Source: Macrostomum lignano (taxonomy: Eukaryota). From it: a stretch of DNA of 64,000 nucleotides. Below the pieces are notes generated by a model, which was not told the DNA's origin, ran no database searches, and was given only the letters and a program-made list of their open reading frames with translations. The stretch is taken from positions 1-64,000 of the forward strand of contig NIVC01002661.1 of assembly GCA_002269645.1 (NCBI GenBank). Direction: 5' to 3'. The position numbers and the translations under genes are program-made. Position 1 is the first letter of the stretch. Every line of letters starts with the position of its first letter. Of this stretch, positions 12,601 to 24,849 are shown in pieces.

Positions 12601-15600
12601 TGAGACCATACGGTTCGAAAAGACCGGGTCTTTGCGTCACGACCCAGAAAAATCCCTCCAATCCAACAGCAGAACCGCTATGCGTGCCTTTTTCCCCAAC
12701 GCCCATTTAGTTTGCATTAATCCATCTGAAACTCGCGACAGGGAGTTTTCCTCCAAGCCTGAATATCTGTTCTCTTATTCCTGTGCTGGCCAAATATTGA
12801 AGCAGCGATATGAGAGGCTTGAAGGTGAGTAGGAGGGCGGGGAGGTCTCTAGGCCCGCGGCTTATCACAGAAATCTCAAACATGAACTTGCCAGCTACGT
12901 AATCTGCCAGTTGCTGCTGCATCCGCAGCCCAGCATCCACGCGCGCGCGCGCCATAATTTAATTAGCTGCGCCCCTCAAGAGCGGCCGGAGCCCCTTTTT
13001 TCTGCGCTGCCTTACATGATATGAAAATATCAATGAAATATTGACTTTGCCACCAAGGTTTGGACCAATAGTGCCTGATGAAGCCGAACTATTGCATGTA
13101 TTGCGGGTGCTTTCAGCTGCGCTAAGTGTAAAACCTTGTTATGATGTTTGGATGCAGAATAACTGGGAATTTGGTGTTTTAAATGCTAACCTGCTGAGTT
13201 TACTGGGATCAGGATACTTGCTAGAAATTGGGTGTTACTAAGATGATGGTTGAGCAATGTGCTCAGCAGACGGACGGGCTGCTCAGCTGAAGTATTTTCC
13301 TAGAAAGCATCAAAACAGCGGCCAGTGAATGCGATTCCGCCTGCTCAAAACCACAGCACATGAAGGCATCGCTTATGAAAGGAAATCGATTGGATAAAAT
13401 TCGATTCGAACTGATGGCCGGAGTAGGGAAATAATTGTGCGAAGGGTCGATGGGGATTAGGGACAGATGCCGTTGGATCGACGGCGCCGCTGTTAGAACA
13501 ATCCCTCTTGAGACCCGGCAGTGCCGGCCGTCTGCGATCTGTCTTGGGAATTTCTACTCAGAAGCAATTATTGCAAACTACTGAAAATTTGCTGCAGAAG
13601 AAATAATTAACAAAATGAGTTCAGACTGGGAGGGATTAACGGGGGGTTGCTCTCGGGTATTGGTAAATCTGACGATAAGCTTTGCTAGGCCGCTTGCCCA
13701 GTTCTCTAAATTGAGCCGGCTGAGCTGCGAGTCGCCACCGAGACCCATGCTGTCATTTCTCCAACACAGTTTCTTGTCAGTGACACCTTCTTTGCGAAAC
13801 CTTTGCTAGGCCTGTTCTAGTAAGGAATGTGCTCGGGCAGACAGGCACTGAGACAGGCACTGAGACAGGCACTGAGACAGGCACTGAGACAGTCACTGAG
13901 ACAGTCACTGAGACAGGCACTGAGACAGTCACTGGAACAGGCACTGAGACAGGCACTGAGACAGTCACTGGAACAGGCACTGAGACAGTCACAAAGACAG
14001 GCACTGAGACGCCACAGCAGACTCACTCTGAGATGCCGCTCCAGCGAGTGGATGAAGGCCTTGAGGCTCTCGGGCTCATACTCTTGGCCGTCCTTCTTCC
14101 TGGCCTGACTGACGAACTCCCGCAGGTGCTCGTCCAGCTCATCGGGCGGAATGCTCTGAACATCGCGCTGGTCGCCGCGCACCTGCTGAATAAAGCGGCA
14201 GATGACCTTCATATCCGACTTGGTCTTTCGCATCGTGTTGTGCACCCCGACGACTCCGGCGGCGCCGATGCCTCCCCGCCCGGGCTGTTGTTGTTGGCGG
14301 CGTCGGCTGCGGCGGCAGCGGCTGCGGCGGCGGCGGTGACGGCAGCGGATGAAGAAGTCGACGAAGATGAAGAATTGTTGCTGACAGGGTTCAGCGGCTG
14401 GCCGTCCCGGAGCTGCTGAGGCCGAGCTCGGGGGCTGTGAGACGACTTGGCGACGCCTCCTGTTGTTGAAGCAATGAGTGATTTGAGATTAAGATGAAAG
14501 TGGCAGAGTCCAACCCGAACTCTAACACTGGTTTCAGTATATGGATTCAGGTCATCTTCAGGCTGTCCTGGACGCTGACAGCGGGGCTATAGGAGCGGCT
14601 TGGGCGCAAACAAGTCGGGAGCAACTGGGTCCCGCTTATTCTCACTTAATCGCAACCGAAATTTTTCAATTGACAAAAATAACAAAAAACATTAGCGATT
14701 TTAAGCTAGCGAGGCTCCATAAAGCTGAAAGGAAGCGACTCGGAAGTCCGTGATGCAGCTGATAGACAGTCGATGCAAATGACAAAGGGAAAAAGCTGAC
14801 ACAACAATATTTCGGCCTGAGCAGACAGCCGGGCACCAGCAGTTTCCCCATTCAACTCAGTCAGAGGGATTTTCTACTTTTTCGGGAAAGTCATCAGCTT
14901 CATCAGGTTTCCCAGATTTTTTAGAAACTAATCAACACTACCTGGAAGCCAGGGGGTGCTTGAGCTGCTGCGAATTGGTTGATAGGACAACTGCAAGGTG
15001 CGGATCGGAGACTGAGCCCTCCCGCTATGATATAAAACCCTAGGGTAGAAAATGCCGAGCAGAGCAGCCGGAAATTTCCCGGAAATTCCCCGCAGGCTCA
15101 CCGAGCAGCGGAGCAGCCGGCAAAGCGGCGCCGCCCGCTGACGCGTCTCCGCCAAGTCCGGACTCGGAACCCGCCGGGCTGTCCACCGCCTGTGGCTCCA
15201 GCGGCGGTGGCGGCAGCGGCGGCGGTGGCGGGACTGGCAGCTGCGGCTGAGGCGGCAGTGACGGGAGCGAGGCCGGTTTTCTACCTTCCGCAGCGGCCGC
15301 GGCGGCGGCAACCGCGGAGGGCCCGAAGCCGTGCGCGGCTGTCATGTGGGCCTCCAGCTGGCGCAGGCTGCGGGCTGGCGAGCCGCAGATCAGGCACTGG
15401 AAGTCAGGCAGGACGCCGCCTCCTCCGCTGGCTGCCGCGGCGGCCGCCGCCGCTGCCATCAAGCCGAAATGCGGCGGCGGCGGCGGAGGAGGCGGCGGCG
15501 GAGGCGGCGGTGGTGGCGGCCCGAGCGGTGGCGGGTGCGCATGCTGGGGGAACCCGGACGCGCCGCCCGATGTGACGGCGGCAGCGGCGGCAGCAGCGGC

Positions 15601-18004
15601 AGCGGCCGCAGCAGCAGCGGAGACTGGGACGGGGCGGCTCAAGCCAGCGGCTGCGGCGGCCATGTGCGACATCGGAAAGTGCAGGACCTGGATGTGGGTG
15701 CTGAGGTCCTCGGAGCACTGGCACAGCGCCTTGCACAGGGGGCAGGCGATCCCGCGCAGCTCCTGACAGGCGTTGGCGGCCTTCTGGTGCTGCAGCAGCT
15801 GCTGGTGCCACGCCTTGTCCAGCTGGGTCCCGTTCGCCAGGCCCGGCCGCCCGGTGAACTTGCGCACCGTGTCGCAGCACTCGATGATGTTGGCGTGCTG
15901 GAATGAACAAATTTTCAAAGTGGCCCTGAGCACCATCTGAAACTCAAGACCATCCTCCTCTTCTTTCTCAACGATATCGCATTCTGTCTGAGAGCTATTC
16001 TCAGTGGCTGTGTGAGTGTTGAATGACAGCAACTGGTCTGAGCCCGATATTAATTATCTGTCCGACTTTTTTCTCACCCAGAGCAGTCGTTTCCTATCGC
16101 ATCAAAAAAGCAAGACAAGGTAAATCAAGCGGCTGTGTTTTTTTTCAGTCAGTGGCAAGAACAAAAGAGGGATCAAAGAGGGACTCTGGTCCCCTTTGAG
16201 TCGGGCATTTGATACTTTGAGTTGCCATCTCTTCCATTTGGTTTTTGTCGATTATTCAATTGAGCAACCTGAGCTGATGAAGGAACTCCCCCCTTCCACC
16301 AAATTGGAGATTTGAGGATAAATTAACAAAAACAATTTCGGGCTGGGGTGGAGGGTCAAGTTCTGTTTTGAGTTTGCGGATCAATGGAACAGGCCGTGAA
16401 ATCTCGGGAGCTCTGAAGCTGCAGCAATATCGCCCCAATTATTTGATAGAGAAATCAACCGCTAGGAAGCGGAATGCGAAAAGCTGCTTGCTCCCCAGCC
16501 TCTTCCCCATCGGTTCAGTTTTTGTTGCTTCAAATTTTTGATGCAGACCCCCCTCCCCTCTATCTCCGCTTCCCGGTCGCGTTTAATTGGGAGAAGAAGC
16601 TGGAGGAGCCTTATTAGAGCCTCATCAAGACACAGGAGAGGGTTGGAAGCAACGAGACGAGACTTGGGCAGTTTAGTGAGGATCTGAGCCCGATCCGGGG
16701 GGAAACAATGCATTGTGTACGGCCCAGCTTTGCGAGAACAAAAACTGAAGGAACTTGGGGGCTCACAGCTCAAGAATGAGAAAAGGAAGGAGACAACTTC
16801 CTTGCAAGCCGCATCACCCCAGCTTCCTTGGTCGCGGGGGGTGGTGGGAATAATACGGAGATGAGAGTTTGTAGGGGATCACGCGATGAGGAACAGACAG
16901 AGAGTACCAGGGCAGATATGGCTTTTCAGTTCTCAAGCCCGCTGTTGTCAATCAGTCTCACACAGGGCAGTGGGGAAGCCGCCGCATCCAACAAATAATT
17001 TGCAAAGCATCTGTGGTAGTAGAAAGATGGCGACCCGAAATTCTTCTAACTAATGGCCGCCACACCTTTTATAGCACCGGCTGCTCCTCGGCATCAGTGC
17101 TAATGGCCCCCCGTATTCACCTGCTCATTTATTCACCCACCATCTATGCTCAGATTATTGTAGTGACGGCCCGAATTCGCTGGAGAATAATTTTGGTGCG
17201 ATCTCACATTGAAGGGCTAGTCAATTCACTGTAGGCTCTATAGGCTGTGAGGTCTATCGGCTTTAGAGTCTAAAGGCTCTGAAGGTCACTGAAGGTCTAG
17301 TTGGAGCTCTAAAGGCTCTGACGGTCACTGAAGGTCTACTTGGAGCTCTAAAGGCTCTAACAGTCACTGAAGGTCTACTTGGAGCTCTAAAGGCTCTGAC
17401 GGTCACTGAAGGTCTAGTTGGAGCTCTAAAGGCTCTGAAGGTCACTAAAGGTCTACTTGGAGCTGTAAAGGCTCTGACGGTCACTGAAGGTCTAGTTGGA
17501 GCTCTAAAGGCTCTGAAGGTCACTGAAGGTCTAGTTGGAGCTCTAAAGGCTCTGACGGTCACTGAAGGTCTACTTGGAGCTGTAAAGGCTCTGACAGTCA
17601 CTGAAGGTCTACTTGGAGCTCTAAAGGCTCTGACGGTCACTGAAGGTCTAGTTGGAGCTCTAAAGGCTCTGACAGTCACTGAAGGTCTACTTGGAGCTCT
17701 AAAGGCTCTGACAGTCACTGAAGGTCTACTTGGAGCTCCAAAGGCTCTAACGGTCATTGAGAAGGTTTTGGTCCCTTCCACGTGGCACTCACCTTGACTT
17801 TCCTATGGTAGATCTCACGATGGTCCTCCATGATCTCCCGGCTGGTGCTGATAGCCTGGCAGACGCTGCAAACGTACGTGAAGTACTTTGGCGGCTCATC
17901 CCGCAGGCTGCACGGAAAATGAGTCTCGAACTTGTGCAGGTTCAGCGTGGTGTAGGCGCATTCCGGACAGCGGACGAAGTGCACCCAGGGCTGCGACTGT
18001 GGCT

Positions 18005-18035
<31 letters not shown>

Positions 18036-18092
18036 TTGTTGTTGTTGGGGCGACGACGGCGGCGGCTGCTGAGCCTGCGGCTGCTGCTCCAT
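6601..18092 (-). CDS. C2H2 zinc-finger + DUF3504 (ZMYM/KCTD1/QRICH1-type, Crypton tyrosine-recombinase-derived) protein, 6 exons; one 1-nt deletion (~14246)
   Basis: Exons 18092-17793, 15897-15102, 14459-14027, 11880-11698, 7464-7240 and 6927-6601, all GT-AG with consistent phases (0,1,0,0,0). Fingers: CSVCQAISTSREIMEDHREIYH, CPLCKALCQCSEDLSTHIQVLH, CLICGSPARSLRQLEAHMTAAH. DUF3504 motifs: IPPDELDEHLREFVSQARKKDGQEYEPESL, GLLGTDSPQALLNTLWFFN..FCVRGTSRHKSLTWGQF, PFYL..W. The start codon (ATG 18092, MEQQ) is uncertain. Confidence 0.8.
7033..7225. repeat. 16-bp minisatellite (TCATAAGGGACTGTGC)n, intronic
   Basis: Direct inspection. Confidence 0.95.
7699..8313. repeat. 16-bp minisatellite (CTCCGAAACTTCATAT)n, with inverted unit copies at 8331-8384
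   Basis: Direct inspection; explains the spurious RNFISPKLHISETSYL ORFs. Confidence 0.95.
11209..11641. repeat. 17-bp minisatellite (CATCTTCCGCTGTGTTA)n, intronic
   Basis: Direct inspection. Confidence 0.95.
12175..12606. repeat. 12-bp minisatellite (GACAGGCACTGA)n
   Basis: Direct inspection; source of the TETG/VPVS/RQAL ORFs. Confidence 0.95.
13840..14010. repeat. Second array of (GACAGGCACTGA)n in the same intron
   Basis: Same unit and orientation as 12175-12606. Confidence 0.95.
17270..17758. repeat. 39-bp minisatellite (CTGAAGGTCTA(C/G)TTGGAGCTCTAAAGGCTCTGACGGTCA)n, intronic
   Basis: Direct inspection. Confidence 0.95.
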
Positions 18093-20291
18093 CGTTGTTG
18101 CTAAGCTTGAGTAGGCGGGAATTGGCAGGAGCAGGCCGAGAGGTGCTGCGCCGAACTGCAGTGGGAAGTTTGCTGCTGCTGCTGCTGCTCCCGGAGTCGC
18201 TTGTAACTGTAGCTGATCCACTCTGCAGCTCTTGGCCTTGCTCTGCCGGTCGAGTCGGTGGCGCTGGCGCTGGCGGAGTTATCTGAAACGGTTCAAGTGC
18301 AGACGCGCTGCAGCAGCCTTGAGCCCGTCACTGGGGGGGGGGGGCAGAGGCGGTAGTGAAGGGGACGCGGAGAGTGAAGGAGGCTCTGGGGGAGCAATAA
18401 CAGAGTCGTGCATTATTCAAATTATCGGATCGGGTCCGGCGCGCACCGCAACCCCGGGCGGCTGATGGTTACAAAACAGTCCCCTCCAGTTCCTTCTTCC
18501 TTCGCCTCACACCTGGCCCATCATCATAAAGAAAAGGGAGGCTGAACAGTAAGAACAGTAGGAGCCTTGAACAGGACCGCGAGGCGTGTTGGCTCAGCAA
18601 AGTTTTCCTAGCATTAATTCTATATCGCGGCGCTGGACTTAGAGAGGGATGGGGAAATAACTCCCGCCTGGAGTGGGCATTGATTTTTCAAGACTCCGCT
18701 TTTGACACCTCTGCTGCAACAGACCCCTGTGCTTGCCGACTTCTCCTAGAGGCCGCACCGCCGCTCAGGTCAATACAGGCAGGCTGCTGGTTACGCAATC
18801 AAACAATTGAGCAGCCGGGAGCTTGCAAAACAATGCGCAAGTTTTTCTCTGCTTCCTGCTGAATGCAAAGTTTCCTTTTTTAAACAGCAGACAAGCTTTT
18901 TTTTCCGTGTGAGATATGCTCCTTCTAGGAGGAAGCCAGGAAACCCAGCTGGTCCTGCAGAGACCCAACTAACTACACCCAATTTATTCTCCCAGAGCCT
19001 ATTCCATTTTCACGGGTAATTCAAAATTCATGGACAAATGAATTGGTGGCTCTGCTGTCTCCCTACCTCTCTTCTCTCCTCTGCAGTCTTGTTCAAGTTT
19101 TTCCATGCCTTGGCCTCTCCTTTCATTATCGTTAAGGATTTTGCGGCTCTGATACGAGAGACTGCTGGGGGCTTGAGAACAGAGGAAGCTGCGGACAAAA
19201 CACCCCGCTGCTATCCCTCCTCCCGACCCCACAGCCCGGCTCAGGCTGGCTCCGCCTTGAAATTCTTTTATTCTATTCTCGGGGCTCTTCCTAAGTCGCT
19301 TCCTCCTTCTCTGTGGTGTCTTTGTATTCATGTGTGGGTGTGCAGTCCCTCCGCCACCATTCAGGCCGGAGTTGAATGCTGCTGCTGCTGCTGCTGCTGC
19401 TATGATGATGTCGATGTTAAAGTAAGTTGCTTGCCAATGAGGAGTGTAAAAAACTGACTTTAAAACCAATTTCTTTCTTTCCGCCTCTTTCTGGGGCTCC
19501 TAGCATTGCTGGGCGGCCCGCTCCGCTCCTTCCCCCTCCCCACACACACCGGGGTCTCCTTGACGCGGGTCTCCTGCGGAAGCGGGGGTCTCACTACTCA
19601 CCACTCACTCACTCACCGCAGGAGAGGGCCCAGAGGCAGCGCAGACAACAGACTGGGCCATGCAGAAAATGGCATAAAAAATTAACTAATAATTTTCTAT
19701 CAATTCACCAACCCCAATTACAAATTTTGCTCAGAGCAAAAGCAGAAAATGCCTTCTATAGTTTACTCTCTTTTTTCACCTCAATACAATTCAAGCTTTT
19801 TCAGGCCCTGCGCAGCACAAGGCATGTCTTGACAAAGCCACTGACAGAGCGTGATACACAATAAGCGCAGCCCCACGCAGTGACGCCGATTACACTCTGT
19901 CGGAGTTGTTGAGATGCTCCACTGTGGTTGGGGGCGAATGCTATCAGGAATACAACCCGGATAAATGTTCGTAACCCCCCCCCCCAGTAACCATCTGTTT
20001 TATCAAGTGGATCGATTCTGTTAGTCTAGTTGACGCAAAAGTTGTGGCCAACCCTTAATGGATCGGTTTGACAGTCCTCTTGCGAAAGTTATCTTCTGTG
20101 CCCGGCTTTTATCTTTCAGTGACAAAATTGGCTCTTTGCCTCCCAAGCAGATTTAAGCTTGCAGACGTGAATAATATTTTCATATCTGTCTGGCTAAAGC
20201 AAGCAATGCGCTTCTTCCCATTATATTTTGGGCAGCGAATCGTTACCGCAAATTCCTCCAGCCCCGAAGGGATCAGCCCCGATCGCTAGGG

Positions 20292-20317
20292 ACACACACA
20301 CACACACACACACACAC
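20292..20317. repeat. (CA)n microsatellite
   Basis: Direct inspection. Confidence 0.9.
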
Positions 20318-21390
20318 GCGATCGTTGCTCTCCCCTGGCTATGATAAAAAATTGAAGCAGCAGACTGGCCTGAACAATTCGCAGGGACGCACAGAGACAG
20401 GATGGGGGACGCTGGGGGGTTGCCAACCTGCCTGCTTGATGCGAAGCTGTGATAACAAAAATATTCCTTCTGTGTGTGTGTTATGTGACGTTTTTTCTGC
20501 TGCTACCGGGGAACTGCGGTTTAATCTGCGCTCCAGTCGTGTAAGTTGGCCTTAAGTCTGCAGAAGGGGGCCTGTAGGGGTGGGCGCTAAATGTCATAGC
20601 AGGTTGCTGGGACCCAAATATATATAGCGGCTTTAGAAATCCCAGATCATGCTTATATTGGGGCAGCTGATGATGTCTGATACGAATGTCACAGAGCTGC
20701 TTCTGTGCCGCCAGTTCCTGCAGCAATGCGGGGCTTTCGCGACCAAAATCTACCTGGAAAGGTGCGCACAGACTGCGTGCGCGCTTCTTTCGGGTTAATT
20801 TGAATTGAAAGAAAATGCTTTATTTCTGTTTGCTTACAATCGGGGCCCAGTATCTATAGCACACGCGCCAAGCATAGCGTACTCAGTCACGCTCTGCTAA
20901 AATAAAGATTTTGTGTCGCAAACAACTTATCAGAGCCCCATATCTGCTAGCAGCGACTCATTCTATATTTCTCTTGCTCATTAAAAAAAGAAGTAAAAGA
21001 AAAATAATAAAAAATGTTCCAATCGCAAGAAACTAGAAGACTTGGTTTGCCTTCCTCGCTAGTTAAAAGTAGTGAATTATAGATTATTTGGTGCAATACT
21101 GGCCAATGAACGACTGCAAAAGGGTGCAGTCTGATAAGATCACCTGGTCGATGCCCTATCTGCATGGCTCTCTGCACCCGCCAGACAGCCGCGGCTGGCC
21201 GCAGGCGAGAGGCGCCCTCTGTTATGCCCGACCCTCCGGTAATCGTCAGATTAGCCCAGCAACTAGTTAGCGTCTCAAGGAGGCTATTATAACACTATTT
21301 GCCGTTGTGCTCAGCCAGTGTGTGACTTTTTGTTGTTGCTATTTAGAATTATTCTGAGCTCTGCACCACCTGCCCCACCTTCTGAGTGCT

Positions 21391-22123
21391 GCGGAGGTTA
21401 ACTTGGCAGGTCACTGAAGGAGCGGAGGTTAACAGTGGCAGGTCACTGAAGGAGCGGAGGTTAACAGTGGCAGGTCACTGAATGAGCGGAGGTTAACAGT
21501 GGCAGGTCACTGAAGGAGCGGAGGTTAACAATGACATGTCACTGAAGGAGCGGAGGTTAACAGTGGCAGGTCACCTGAAGGAGCGGAGGTTAACAGTGGC
21601 AGGTCACTGAAGTCACTAAGTCACTGAAGGAGCGGAGGTTAACAGTGGCAGGTCACTGAAGTCACTAAGTCACTGAAGGAGCGGAGGTTAACAGTGGCAG
21701 GTCACTGAAGTCACTAAGTCACTGAAGGAGCGGAGGTTAACAGTTGCAGGTCACTGAAGTCACTAAGTCACTGAAGGAGCGGAGGTTAACAGTGACAGGT
21801 CACTGAAGTCACTAAGTCACTGAATGAGCGGAGGTTAACAGTGGCAAGTCACTGAAGGAGCGGAGGTTAACAGTGGCAGGTCACTGAAGTCACTAAGTCA
21901 CTGAAGGAGCGGAGGTTAACAGTGGCAGGTCACTGAAGTCACTAAGTCACTGAAGGAGCGGAGGTTAACAGTGGCAGGTCACTGAAGGAGCGGAGGTTAA
22001 CAGTTGCAAGTCACTGAAGTCGCTAAGTCACTGAAGGAGCGGAGGTTAACAGTGGCAGGTCACTGAAGGAGCGGAGGTTAACAGTGACAGGTCACTGAAG
22101 TCACTAAGTCACTGAAGGAGCGG
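21391..22123. repeat. 32-bp minisatellite (GTCACTGAAGGAGCGGAGGTTAACAGTGGCAG)n with a variable 17-bp insert (GTCACTGAAGTCACTAA)
   Basis: Direct inspection. Confidence 0.95.
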
Positions 22124-24849
22124 ATTATTAAAACAGCATTTGAAAGTGTAAAAATGCTGATAAAAAGTATTGATAACATTCCCGAATGCCGGATAGAATC
22201 GCGGTAAACAGAGGAACTTACCGCTTGAGTTTGACGCAGAATTTTGCCAAACTCTAGACAGCTAATCGAAGTTTAGATTTTTAGCGTTGAAACTGGCCGC
22301 CTCGGATTGTAACAAATGAATAACTGAATGAGTAGCACTCGTGGCTTTTGGAGAGAGAGAGTAGGGCCCCGTTATCGCTGCGGTGTCTAACTTTTAAAAA
22401 CTTCGGGCCGGAGTGAGGCATGGGGAGAGGAGGGGACGGAGGTGTGGGAGGGCCCCCAGTCGCTGCGGCTGGCGGAAGTTGGCGAACACTGGGCAGTCTC
22501 CATTGGCCAGCAGAGGGTTGGGGGGAGGGGTGCCCGAGGGTAGCCCATGCTGTTGAGGTACTACTGACACGGATGATACTACTGAGACAGCGCTTTCAGA
22601 CCAGAATCTGCAACTGAAACTCCCAGATCGACAGCGCAAATAAACACTAATAGTTGAGCACAGATTATCTTCCCTATGGGATAGCAGGAGTGGCACCCAG
22701 GATACTGCTGCACTGGGGAAGTGATGTTGCCTCTTCTCTCCCCCCCAACCAGAAGGCCTCACGAACCTTTGGCAGCTTTAGCTCAACACTTCCCCTCTCT
22801 GCTGTCCCATCTCCCCTTCTCCGCTATTATGGAGAGGATAAAACACCGGACTGCGAGCTCGCTTTGTGTTTTCGTTTTGGAGATCTGGGCGTTGGGTCTG
22901 CAGCCCGCACTGGGGTCCCGGCCGGAAGCTGGGGCGCCAAGTCACTTTTCTCCCCCTCCCAGCATCCAGCCTCGCTCTCTCAGCACCTCAATGGGATAAT
23001 ACAGGGAAGCTGGGCAGGGGATATGCTCCGCCCCTCCCAGCTCAGGCCTTGGGTCGTTGAAGTTGTGGCCCTCCTCAGCTCCCGGACACCGCTTGTAAAA
23101 CCAGCTTTTTGTATGCAGCAGCCCAGCTTTTTCAAGGGAAGTAGCCAGCGCACGGGGTCTTCCTTCTGCCTTCTCCATCCGTGCAAGTTGTTTCCTTTCT
23201 GGTGCCTCCTCTGCTCCTCCCCTCCAAGCAGTTATATCTGGGGCAATAAGCTTCATCTGCTCAAAAAATTCTCCTCAATAGAATCTTCAGCACCGCACAC
23301 TCTGGGTGCTCCGAGACCGCAGTCCGGGGCTGGGGGGGGGGGTGAGGCGCTACGGGGGGCGGACGGGTGAAACAATGGGAATCTTCCAGTGGGAGTTGCT
23401 GCGCTCCCTCATCTAGTTAGAAGAAGCTTTTTGGCTAATTTCTCAATTTAAGTAATAAGAAGTTTCGCTGGACCCACTTGAGGCCCCGTTGAGACCTAAC
23501 TGGAGACTCAAGCTGCTTCACTCTTGGGTGTCAAGTTCTGAAAAATTTAAACAAGTGCCAGCATCTTCTCGGCTGCACAGCACATGGGGATGTTTTCTAA
23601 TTCTCTGCTTCTGGAGTCTGTCGGGTGCTCCTTATGCCGGACTGTCCCCATATTCACCTGGTCACTACAGGGACTATTACCTTGCAAAAATATCAACACT
23701 GAAACACACGGAGAGAATTCTCAGTAGTCGCCAAAATAGCAACAGGGCAGTGAGCACTGCTCACGGCAAGACGGTGTTGCACCGTGGAGCAGGCAAAGCT
23801 ACAGAGAGGCAGAGGCGTCAGTCAGGGGATCCGTGGCAGCAGTCTCGGTAATTAGAAGGCATATACGGTTTATCAGCACAAGTCGAGCATGAACAATGCG
23901 GCGATAACCGAGCCGGGAGGCCGTATCTCAGGAGCTCTGGAGCCCGCACCCCCTTCCCCCGGGGGGCTAACGATGTCCGCGTCCAGACTAAAGAAAGCAA
24001 AGAGAAGCAAAAGAAGAAGGAGAGGAGCAGCTCAGCAAAAGGTGATCGCCGCATTCCGCCGGGCAGCCTCCGGTGCGAGCATCTGTAAAAAAATCCCCCG
24101 CCCATGAGCTATTACCCCTTTTCCCCTACCTCTGTTCCCCCAATCCCAACAGACTCACCGCACGCACGAGCCCTGAATTTACTGATTACAGGAGTCTTAT
24201 ATTTAGGGGTTGAAAGGCCATTAATTTACAATGGCTGAGCTGTCCGGTTTCATTCACCCCATCCCAGCCTCCCCAGCCAGTTCCCAGCGCCTCATCGACC
24301 AGAAGTTTTTTTGGCAACGCTGGATACGGTGAAGCTGAAATAACAAATTTGCGCAGCAAAATTAGCGACCAATTCTGCATTGCTTAACAACTGTTAATTT
24401 ATCAAATTAGTCAGGCCCTTCAGGTGAGTTCCCAGCCTGGGGCTGATAATATCCTCTCAACTGGGATATCTCAGTCAGTCAGAGAGAGAGGCTGCGATGA
24501 TTGGGGGCCCAGCCCGAGCAGAACTGATTGAGCTGGAGGGCATTAAACAATCCAGGTTGGCCAAGTGTGTAGCAGGGCCTAGCAGCGGCTTACTCCAGAG
24601 GTGAGAGAGTTATTCAGCATCCCTAGGCCGCCTCATCAAGAGCCTGTGAGAGCTCGTCGGCGCCCCCGGGGCAAGCAGCTTCCTGTCAGCGGGACTTCGC
24701 ATCCGCGGCATAAAAAATAATCAAAATAACAAAAGTAGAGGCAGACACAGAGTTTCACTTGATCTGCGGAGAACTGCGCTAAAATCCCAGCTAATAAACA
24801 CCCTGACCATGGGATCATCAGCTCTATCAGACTGGAGACAGAGCCTGCT

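Noticed and set aside
12607-13839. Insertion splitting one 12-bp array into two
   Set aside because: No terminal inverted repeats or TSD visible at the junctions.
22394-24105. GC-rich overlapping ORFs and G-runs
   Set aside because: No recognisable domain, codon bias or exon structure; left unannotated.
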